DNA of 64,000 nucleotides, taken from NCBI GenBank assembly GCA_032718475.1, contig JAUCBJ010005407.1, positions 10,239 through 74,238 on the forward strand, read 5' to 3'. Both the position numbers and the translations under genes were made by a program. The DNA is from Nemertoderma westbladi. Taxonomy: Eukaryota; Animalia; Xenacoelomorpha. The notes under the pieces were generated by a model. The model made no database searches, was not told the origin of the DNA, and saw only the letters and a program-made list of their open reading frames with translations. Of this stretch, positions 52,201-64,000 are shown piece by piece. The stretch's first letter is position 1. Every line of letters starts with the position of its first letter.

Positions 52201-55200
52201 GTTAGATTCTGGGTTTTACATAGAAATCTAAGTATTCTCGATAACATCGAAGCGATTCTCGAACTGGATTCGTAGTGAACCCATATACAACGTTAGATTC
52301 TGGGTTTTACATAGAAATCTAAGTATTCTCGATAACATCGAAGCGATTCTCGAACTGGATTCGTAGTGAACCCATATACAACGTTAGATTCTGGGTTTTA
52401 CATAGAAATCTAAGTATTCTTGGTAACATCAATGCGATTCTCGAACTGGATTCGTAGTGAACCCATATACAACGTTAGATTCTGGGTTTTACATAGAAAT
52501 CTAAGTATTCTCGATAACATCGATGCGATTCTCGAACTGGATTCGTAGTGAACCCATATACAATGAGAGATTCTGGGTTTTACATAGAAATCTAAGTATT
52601 CTCGATAACATCGAAGTGATTCTCGAACTGGATTCGTAGTGAACCCATATACAACGTTAGATTCTGGGTTTTACATAGAAATCTAAGTATTCTCGATAAC
52701 ATCGAAGCGATTCTCGAACTGGATTCGTAGTGAACCCATATACAACGTTAGATTCTGGGTTTTACATAGAAATCTAAGTATTCTCGATAACATCGAAGCG
52801 ATTCTCGAACTGGATTCGTAGTGAACCCATATACAACGTTAGATTCTGGGTTTTACATAGAAATCTAAGTATTGTCGATAACATCGAAGTGATTCTCGAA
52901 CTGGATTCCTAGGGAACCCATATACAACGTTAGATTCTGGGTTTTACATAGAAATCTAAGTACAGTATTCTCGATAATATCGAAGTGATTCTCGAACTGG
53001 ATTCGTAGTAAACCCATATACAACGTTAGATTCTGGGTTTTACATAGAAATCTAAGTATTCTCGATAACATCGAAGCGATTCTCGAACTGGATTCGTAGT
53101 GAACCCATATACAACGTTAGATTCTGGGTTTTACATAGAAATCTAAGTATTCTCGATAACATCGAAGCAATTCTCGAACTGGATTCGTAGTGAACCCATA
53201 TACAACGTTAGATTCTGGGTTTTACATAGAAATCTAAGTATTCTCGATAACATCGAAGCGATTCTCGAACTGGATTCGTAGTCACCCATATACAACGTTA
53301 GATTCTGGGTTTTACATAGAAATCTAAGTATTCTCGATAACATCGAAGTGATTCTCGAACTGGATTCGTAGTGAACCCATATACAACGTTAGATTCTGGG
53401 TTTTACATAGAAATCTAAGTATTCTCGATAACATCGAAGCGATTCTCGAACTGGATTCATAGTGAACCCATATACAATGTTAGATTCTGGGTTTTACATA
53501 GAAATCTAAGTATTCTCGATAACATCGAAGTGATTCTCGAACTGGATTCGTAGTGAACCCATATACAACGTTAGATTCTGGGTTTTACATAGAAATCTAA
53601 GTATTCTCGATAACATCGAAGCGATTCTCGAACTGAATTCGTAGTGAACCCATATACAATGTTAGATTCTGGGTTTTACATAGAAATCTAAGTATTCTCG
53701 ATAACATCGAAGCGATTCTCGAACTGGATTCTTAGTGAACCCATATACAACGTTAGAATCTGGGTTTTACATAGAAATCTAAGTATTCTTGATAACATCG
53801 AAGCGATTCTCGAACTGAATTCATAGTGAACCCATATACAACGTTAGATTCTGGGTTTTACATAGAAATCTAAGTATTCTCGATAACATCGAAGTGATTC
53901 TCGAACTGGATTCGTAGTGAACCCATATACAACGTTAGATTCTGGGTTTTACATAGAAATCTAAGTATTCTCGATGACATCGAAGCGATTCTCGAACTGG
54001 ATTCGTAGTGAACCCATATACAACGTTAGATTCTGGGTTTTACATAGAAATCTAAGTATTCTCGATAACATCGAAGCGATTCTCGAACTGGATTCGTAGT
54101 GAACCCATATACAACGTTAGATTCTGGGTTTTACATAGAAATCTAAGTATTCTCGATAACATCGAAGCGATTCTCGAACTGGATTCGTAGTGAACCCATA
54201 TACAACGTTAGATTCTGGGTTTTACATAGAAATCTAAGTATTGTCGATAACATCGAAGTGATTCTCGAACTGGATTCCTAGGGAACCCATATACAACGTT
54301 AGATTCTGGGTTTTACATAGAAATCTAAGTACAGTATTCTCGATAATATCGAAGTGATTCTCGAACTGGATTCGTAGTAAACCCATATACAACGTTAGAT
54401 TCTGGGTTTTACATAGAAATCTAAGTATTCTCGATAACATCGAAGCAATTCTCGAACTGGATTCGTAGTGAACCCATATACAACGTTAGATTCTGGGTTT
54501 TACATAGAAATCTAAGTACAGTATTCTCGATAATATCGAAGTGATTCTCGAACTGGATTCGTAGTAAACCCATATACAACGTTAGATTCTGGGTTTTACA
54601 TAGAAATCTAAGTATTCTCGATAACATCGAAGCAATTCTCGAACTGGATTCGTAGTGAACCCATATACAACGTTAGATTCTGGGTTTTACATAGAAATCT
54701 AAGTATTCTCGATAACATCGAAGTGATTCTCGAACTGGATTCGTAGTGAACCCATATACAACGTTAGATTCTGGGTTTTACATAGAAATCTAAGTATTCT
54801 CGATAACATCGAAGCGATTCTCGAACTGGATTCGTAGTGAACCCATATACAATGTTAGATTCTGGGTTTTACATAGAAATCTAAGTATTCTCGATAACAT
54901 CGAAGCGATTCTCGAACTGGATTCTTAGTGAACCCATATACAACGTTAGAATCTGGGTTTTACATAGAAATCTAAGTATTCTTGATAACATCGAAGCGAT
55001 TCTCGAACTGGATTCATAGTGAACCCATATACAACGTTAGATTCTGGGTTTTACATAGAAATCTAAGTATTCTCGATAACATCGAAGTGATTCTCGAACT
55101 GGATTCGTAGTGAACCCATATACAACGTTAGATTCTGGGTTTTACATAGAAATCTAAGTATTCTCGATGACATCGAAGCGATTCTCGAACTGGATTCGTA

Positions 55201-58200
55201 GTGAACCCATATACAACGTTAGATTCTGGGTTTTACATAGAAATCTAAGTATTCTCGATAACATCGAAGCGATTCTCGAACTGGATTCGTAGTGAACCCA
55301 TATACAACGTTAGATTCTGGGTTTTACATAGAAATCTAAGTATTCTCGATAACATCGAAGCGATTCTCGAACTGGATTCGTAGTGAACCCATATACAACG
55401 TTAGATTCTGGGTTTTACATAGAAATCTAAGTATTCTCGATAACATCGAAGTGATTCTCGAACTGGATTCCTAGTGAACCCATATACAACGTTAGATTCT
55501 GGGTTTTACATAGAAATCTTACAGTATTCTCGATAATATCGAAGTGATTCTCGAACTGGATTCGTAGTAAACCCATATACAACGTTAGATTCTGGGTTTT
55601 ACATAGAAATCTAAGTATTCTCGATAACATCGAAGCGATTCTCGAACTGGATTCGTAGTGAACCCATATACAACGTTAGATTCTGGGTTTTACATAGAAA
55701 TCTAAGTATTCTCGATAACATCGAAGCAATTCTCGAACTGGATTCGTAGTGAACCCATATACAACGTTAGATTCTGGGTTTTACATAGAAATCTAAGTAT
55801 TCTCGATAACATCGAAGCGATTCTCGAACTGGATTCGTAGTCACCCATATACAACGTTAGATTCTGGGTTTTACATAGAAATCTAAGTATTCTCGATAAC
55901 ATCGAAGTGATTCTCGAACTGGATTCGTAGTGAACCCATATACAACGTTAGATTCTGGGTTTTACATAGAAATCTAAGTATTCTCGATAACATCGAAGCG
56001 ATTCTCGAACTGGATTCGTAGTGAACCCATATACAATGTTAGATTCTGGGTTTTACATAGAAATCTAAGTATTCTCGATAACATCGAAGTGATTCTCGAA
56101 CTGGATTCGTAGTGAACCCATATACAACGTTAGATTCTGGGTTTTACATAGAAATCTAAGTATTCTCGATAACATCGAAGCGATTCTCGAACTGAATTCG
56201 TAGTGAACCCATATACAATGTTAGATTCTGGGTTTTACATAGAAATCTAAGTATTCTCGATAACATCGAAGCGATTCTCGAACTGGATTCTTAGTGAACC
56301 CATATACAACGTTAGAATCTGGGTTTTACATAGAAATCTAAGTATTCTTGATAACATCGAAGCGATTCTCGAACTGAATTCATAGTGAACCCATATACAA
56401 CGTTAGATTCTGGGTTTTACATAGAAATCTAAGTATTCTCGATAACATCGAAGTGATTCTCGAACTGGATTCGTAGTGAACCCATATACAACGTTAGATT
56501 CTGGGTTTTACATAGAAATCTAAGTATTCTCGATGACATCGAAGCGATTCTCGAACTGGATTCGTAGTGAACCCATATACAACGTTAGATTCTGGGTTTT
56601 ACATAGAAATCTAAGTATTCTCGATAACATCGAAGCGATTCTCGAACTGGATTCGTAGTGAACCCATATACAACGTTAGATTCTGGGTTTTACATAGAAA
56701 TCTAAGTATTCTTGATAACATCAATGCGATTCTCGAACTGGATTCGTAGTGAACCCATATACAACGTTAGATTCTGGGTTTTACATAGAAATCTAAGTAT
56801 TCTCGATAACATCGATGCGATTCTCGAACTGGATTCGTAGTGAACCCATATACAATGAGAGATTCTGGGTTTTACATAGAAATCTAAGTATTCTCGATAA
56901 CATCGAAGTGATTCTCGAACTGGATTCGTAGTGAACCCATATACAACGTTAGATTCTGGGTTTTACATAGAAATCTAAGTATTCTCGATAACATCGAAGC
57001 GATTCTCGAACTGGATTCGTAGTGAACCCATATACAACGTTAGATTTTGGGTTTTACATAGAAATCTAAGTATTCTCGATAACATCGAAGCGATTCTCAA
57101 ACTGGATTCGTAGTGAACCCATATACAACGTTAGATTCTGGGTTTTACATAGAAATCTAAGTATTGTCGATAACATCGAAGTGATTCTCGAACTGGATTC
57201 CTAGTGAACCCATATACAACGTTAGATTCTGGGTTTTACATAGAAATCTAAGTATTCTCGATAACATCAAAGTGATTCTCGAACTGGATTCGTAGTGAAC
57301 CCATATACAACATTAGATTCTGGGTTTTACATAGAAATCTAAGTATTCTCGATAACATCGAAGCGATTCTCGAACTGGATTCATAGTGAACCCATATACA
57401 ACGTTAGATTCTGGGTTTTACATATAAATCTAAGTATTCTCGATAACATCAAAGTGATTCTCGAACTGGATTCGTAGTGAACCCATATACAACGTTAGAT
57501 TCTGGGTTTTACATAGAAATCTAAGTATTCTCGATAACATCGAAGCGATTCTCGAACTGGATTCGTAGTGAACCCATATACAACGTTAGATTCTGGGTTT
57601 TACATAGAAATCTAAGTATTCTCGATAACATCGAAGCGATTCTCGAACTGGATTCGTAGTGAACCCATATACAACGTTAGATTCTGGGTTTTACATAGAA
57701 ATCTAAGTATTCTCGATAACATCGAAGCGATTCTCGAACTGGATTCGTAGTGAACCCATATACAACGTTAGATTCTGGGTTTTACATAGAAATCTAAGTA
57801 TTCTCGATAACATCGAAGCGATTCTCGAACTGGATTCGTAGTGAACCCATATACAACGTTAGATTCTGGGTTTTACATAGAAATCTAAGTATTCTCGATA
57901 ACATCGAAGTGATTCTCGAACTGGATTCCTAGTGAACCCATATACAACGTTAGATTCTGGGTTTTACATAGAAATCTAAGTATTCTCGATAACATCGAAG
58001 CGATTCTCGAACTGGATTCGTAGTGAACCCATATACAACGTTAGATTCTGGGTTTTACATAGAAATCTAAGTATTCTCGATAACATCGAAGCGATTCTCG
58101 AACTGGATTCATAGTGAACCCATATACAACGTTAGATTCTGGGTTTTACATATAAATCTAAGTATTCTCGATAACATCAAAGTGATTCTCGAACTGGATT

Positions 58201-61200
58201 CGTAGTGAACCCATATACAACGTTAGATTCTGGGTTTTACATAGAAATCTAAGTATTCTCGATAACATCGAAGTGATTCTCGAACTGGATTCGTAGTGAA
58301 CCCATATACAACGTTAGATTCTGGGTTTTACATAGAAATCTAAGTATTCTCGATAACATCGAAGCGATTCTCGAACTGGATTCGTAGTGAACCCATATAC
58401 AACGTTAGATTCTGGGTTTTACATAGAAATCTAAGTATTCTCGATAACATCGAAGCAATTCTCGAACTGGATTCGTAGTGAACCCATATACAACGTTAGA
58501 TTCTGGGTTTTACATAGAAATCTAAGTATTCTCGATAACATCGAAGCGATTCTCGAACTGGATTCGTAGTGCACCCATATACAACGTTAGATTCTGGGTT
58601 TTACATAGAAATCTAAGTATTCTCGATAACATCGAAGTGATTCTCGAACTGGATTCGTAGTGAACCCATATACAACGTTAGATTCTGGGTTTTACATAGA
58701 AATCTAAGTATTCTCGATAACATCGAAGCGATTCTCGAACTGGATTCGTAGTGAACCCATATACAATGTTAGATTCTGGGTTTTACATAGAAATCTAAGT
58801 ATTCTCGATAACATCGAAGTGATTCTCGAACTGGATTCGTAGTGAACCCATATACAACGTTAGATTCTGGGTTTTACATAGAAATCTAAGTATTCTCGAT
58901 AACATCGAAGCGATTCTCGAACTGAATTCGTAGTGAACCCATATACAATGTTAGATTCTGGGTTTTACATAGAAATCTAAGTATTCTCGATAACATCGAA
59001 GCGATTCTCGAACTGGATTCTTAGTGAACCCATATACAACGTTAGAATCTGGGTTTTACATAGAAATCTAAGTATTCTTGATAACATCGAAGCGATTCTC
59101 GAACTGAATTCATAGTGAACCCATATACAACGTTAGATTCTGGGTTTTACATAGAAATCTAAGTATTCTCGATAACATCGAAGTGATTCTCGAACTGGAT
59201 TCGTAGTGAACCCATATACAACGTTAGATTCTGGGTTTTACATAGAAATCTAAGTATTCTCGATGACATCGAAGCGATTCTCGAACTGGATTCGTAGTGA
59301 ACCCATATACAACGTTAGATTCTGGGTTTTACATAGAAATCTAAGTATTCTCGATAACATCGAAGTGATTCTCGAACTGGATTCGTAGTGAACCCATATA
59401 CAACGTTAGATTCTGGGTTTTACATAGAAATCTAAGTATTCTCGATAACATCGAAGCGATTCTCGAACTGGATTCGTAGTGAACCCATATACAACGTTAG
59501 ATTCTGGGTTTTACATAGAAATCTAAGTATTCTCGATAACATCGAAGCGATTCTCGAACTGGATTCGTAGTGAACCCATATACAACGTTAGATTCTGGGT
59601 TTTACATAGAAATCTAAGTATTCTCGATAACATCGAAGCGATTCTCGAACTGGATTCGTAGTGCACCCATATACAACGTTAGATTCTGGGTTTTACATAG
59701 AAATCTAAGTATTCTCGATAACATCGAAGTGATTCTCGAACTGGATTCGTAGTGAACCCATATACAACGTTAGATTCTGGGTTTTACATAGAAATCTAAG
59801 TATTCTCGATAACATCGAAGCGATTCTCGAACTGGATTCGTAGTGAACCCATATACAATGTTAGATTCTGGGTTTTACATAGAAATCTAAGTATTCTCGA
59901 TAACATCGAAGTGATTCTCGAACTGGATTCGTAGTGAACCCATATACAACGTTAGATTCTGGGTTTTACATAGAAATCTAAGTATTCTCGATAACATCGA
60001 AGCGATTCTCGAACTGAATTCGTAGTGAACCCATATACAATGTTAGATTCTGGGTTTTACATAGAAATCTAAGTATTCTCGATAACATCGAAGCGATTCT
60101 CGAACTGGATTCTTAGTGAACCCATATACAACGTTAGAATCTGGGTTTTACATAGAAATCTAAGTATTCTTGATAACATCGAAGCGATTCTCGAACTGAA
60201 TTCATAGTGAACCCATATACAACGTTAGATTCTGGGTTTTACATAGAAATCTAAGTATTCTCGATAACATCGAAGTGATTCTCGAACTGGATTCGTAGTG
60301 AACCCATATACAACGTTAGATTCTGGGTTTTACATAGAAATCTAAGTATTCTCGATGACATCGAAGCGATTCTCGAACTGGATTCGTAGTGAACCCATAT
60401 ACAACGTTAGATTCTGGGTTTTACATAGAAATCTAAGTATTCTCGATAACATCGAAGCGATTCTCGAACTGGATTCGTAGTGAACCCATATACAACGTTA
60501 GATTCTGGGTTTTACATAGAAATCTAAGTATTCTTGATAACATCAATGCGATTCTCGAACTGGATTCGTAGTGAACCCATATACAACGTTAGATTCTGGG
60601 TTTTACATAGAAATCTAAGTATTCTCGATAACATCGATGCGATTCTCGAACTGGATTCGTAGTGAACCCATATACAATGAGAGATTCTGGGTTTTACATA
60701 GAAATCTAAGTATTCTCGATAACATCGAAGTGATTCTCGAACTGGATTCGTAGTGAACCCATATACAACGTTAGATTCTGGGTTTTACATAGAAATCTAA
60801 GTATTCTCGATAACATCGAAGCGATTCTCGAACTGGATTCGTAGTGAACCCATATACAACGTTAGATTTTGGGTTTTACATAGAAATCTAAGTATTCTCG
60901 ATAACATCGAAGCGATTCTCGAACTGGATTCGTAGTGAACCCATATACAACGTTAGATTCTGGGTTTTACATAGAAATCTAAGTATTGTCGATAACATCG
61001 AAGTGATTCTCGAACTGGATTCCTAGTGAACCCATATACAACGTTAGATTCTGGGTTTTACATAGAAATCTAAGTATTCTCGATAACATCAAAGCGATTC
61101 TCGAACTGGATTCGTAGTGAACCCATATACAACATTAGATTCTGGGTTTTACATAGAAATCTAAGTATTCTCGATAACATCGAAGCGATTCTCGAACTGG

Positions 61201-64000
61201 ATTCATAGTGAACCCATATACAACGTTAGATTCTGGGTTTTACATATAAATCTAAGTATTCTCGATAACATCAAAGTGATTCTCGAACTGGATTCGTAGT
61301 GAACCCATATACAACGTTAGATTCTGGGTTTTACATAGAAATCTAAGTATTCTCGATAACATCAAAGCGATTCTCGAACTGGATTCGTAGTGAACCCATA
61401 TACAACGTTAGATTCTGGGTTTTACATAGAAATCTAAGTATTCTCGATAACATCGAAGCGATTCTCGAACTGGATTCGTAGTGAACCCATATACAACGTT
61501 AGATTCTGGGTTTTACATAGAAATCTAAGTATTCTCGATAACATCGAAGCGATTCTCGAACTGGATTCGTAGTGAACCCATATACAACGTTAGATTCTGG
61601 GTTTTACATAGAAATCTAAGTATTCTCGATAACATCGAAGCGATTCTCGAACTGGATTCGTAGTGAACCCATATACAACGTTAGATTCTGGGTTTTACAT
61701 AGAAATCTAAGTATTCTCGATAACATCGAAGCGATTCTCGAACTGGATTCGTAGTGAACCCATATACAACGTTAGATTCTGGGTTTTACATAGAAATCTA
61801 AGTATTCTCGATAACATCGAAGCGATTCTCGAACTGGATTCTTAGTGAACCCATATACAACGTTAGATTCTGGGTTTTACATAGAAATCTAAGTATTCTC
61901 GATAACATCGAAGCGATTCTCGAACTGGATTCGTAGTGAACCCATATACAACGTTAGATTCTGGGTTTTACATAGAAATCTAAGTATTCTCGATAACATC
62001 GAAGTGATTCTCGAACTGGATTCGTAGTGAACCCATATACAACGTTAGATTCTGGGTTTTACATAGAAATCTAAGTATTCTCGATAACATCGAAGCGATT
62101 CTCGAACTGGATTCGTAGTGAACCCATATACAACGTTAGATTCTGGGTTTTACATAGAAATCTAAGTATTCTCGATAACATCGAAGCGATTCTCGAACTG
62201 GATTCGTAGTGAACCCATATACAACGTTAGATTCTGGGTTTTACATAGAAATCTAAGTATTCTCGATAACATCAATGCGATTCTCGAACTGGATTCGTAG
62301 TGAACCCATATACAACGTTAGATTCTGGGTTTTACATAGAAATCTAAGTATTCTCGATAACATCGAAGCGATTCTCGAACTGGATTCGTAGTGAACCCAT
62401 ATACAATGAGAGATTCTGGGTTTTACATAGAAATCTAAGTATTCTCGATAACATCGAAGCGATTCTCGAACTGGATTCGTAGTGAACCCATATACAACGT
62501 TAGATTCTGGGTTTTACATAGAAATCTAAGTATTCTCGATAACATCGAAGCGATTCTCGAACTGGATTCGTAGTGAACCCATATACAACGTTAGATTTTG
62601 GGTTTTACATAGAAATCTAAGTATTCTCGATAACATCGAAGCGATTCTCGAACTGGATTCGTAGTGAACCCATATACAACGTTAGATTCTGGGTTTTACA
62701 TAGAAATCTAAGTATTCTCGATAACATCGAAGTGATTCTCGAACTGGATTCCTAGTGAACCCATATACAACGTTAGATTCTGGGTTTTACATAGAAATCT
62801 AAGTATTCTCGATAACATCAAAGCGATTCTCGAACTGGATTCGTAGTGAACCCATATACAACATTAGATTCTGGGTTTTACATAGAAATCTAAGTATTCT
62901 CGATAACATCGAAGCGATTCTCGAACTGGATTCATAGTGAACCCATATACAACGTTAGATTCTGGGTTTTACATATAAATCTAAGTATTCTCGATAACAT
63001 CAAAGTGATTCTCGAACTGGATTCGTAGTGAACCCATATACAACGTTAGATTCTGGGTTTTACATAGAAATCTAAGTATTCTCGATAACATCGAAGCGAT
63101 TCTCGAACTGGATTCGTAGTGAACCCATATACAACGTTAGATTCTGGGTTTTACATAGAAATCTAAGTATTCTCGATAACATCGAAGCGATTCTCGAACT
63201 GGATTCGTAGTGAACCCATATACAACGTTAGATTCTGGGTTTTACATAGAAATCTAAGTATTCTCGATAACATCGAAGCGATTCTCGAACTGGATTCGTA
63301 GTGAACCCATATACAACGTTAGATTCTGGGTTTTACATAGAAATCTAAGTATTCTCGATAACATCGAAGCGATTCTCGAACTGGATTCGTAGTGAACCCA
63401 TATACAACGTTAGATTCTGGGTTTTACATAGAAATCTAAGTATTCTCGATAACATCGAAGTGATTCTCGAACTGGATTCGTAGTGAACCCATATACAACG
63501 TTAGATTCTGGGTTTTACATAGAAATCTAAGTATTCTCGATAACATCGAAGCGATTCTCGAACTGGATTCGTAGTGAACCCATATACAACGTTAGATTCT
63601 GGGTTTTACATAGAAATCTAAGTATTCTCGATAACATCGAAGCGATTCTCGAACTGGATTCGTAGTGAACCCATATACAACGTTAGATTCTGGGTTTTAC
63701 ATAGAAATCTAAGTATTCTCGATAACATCGAAGCGATTCTCGAACTGGATTCGTAGTGAACCCATATACAACGTTAGATTCTGGGTTTTACATAGAAATC
63801 TAAGTATTCTCGATAACATCGAAGCGATTCTCGAACTGGATTCGTAGTGAACCCATATACAACGTTAGATTCTGGGTTTTACATAGAAATCTAAGTATTC
63901 TCGATAACATCGAAGCGATTCTCGAACTGGATTCGTAGTGAACCCATATACAACGTTAGATTCTGGGTTTTACATAGAAATCTAAGTATTCTCGATAACA
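46256..64000. repeat. 91-bp satellite (gattctgggttttacatagaaatctaagtattctcgataacatcgaagcgattctcgaactggattcgtagtgaacccatatacaacgtta)n, about 170 copies, interrupted at 47887-49859, open at right edge
   Basis: Period 91 (cgaagcg at 46741 and 46832); recurrent ordered blocks of variant monomers. Confidence 0.98.
47887..49859. mobile_element. Non-autonomous TIR DNA transposon, 1973 bp, Sola2-like, inserted in the 91-bp satellite
   Basis: 12-bp TIR gggcaattccac / gtggaattgccc. 4-bp TSD ttct at 47883-47886 and 49860-49863 restores an intact monomer. GRG termini with a 4-bp TSD fit Sola2. No transposase ORF. Confidence 0.85.

Overview
Eukaryotic (animal-like) repeat-dense DNA with no recognisable host gene, RNA gene or CRISPR array. 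It holds seven unrelated tandem arrays (43, 41, 23, 19/26, 44/37, 17 and 91 bp units). Retroelements are a 5'-truncated RTE-clade LINE with a 13-bp TSD and (TAG)n tail, a tiny TAG-tailed retroposon with a TSD, and several decayed LINE fragments (RTEX-like, L2/CR1). DNA transposons are a 14-kb head-to-head cluster of 11 full or partial non-autonomous Helentron-like elements, and a Sola2-like element inserted in the 91-bp satellite. Three observations stand out. (1) The Helentron-like copies are nested, mosaic and appear to insert into their own sequence, forming a large inverted structure. (2) The 41-bp array is an amplified piece of LINE reverse-transcriptase coding sequence. (3) The 17-bp and 91-bp arrays may have expanded inside one minus-strand L2 element. 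All long ORFs in the arrays are repeat artefacts. Family names come from motif recognition, not database searches, and copy numbers are length/unit estimates.
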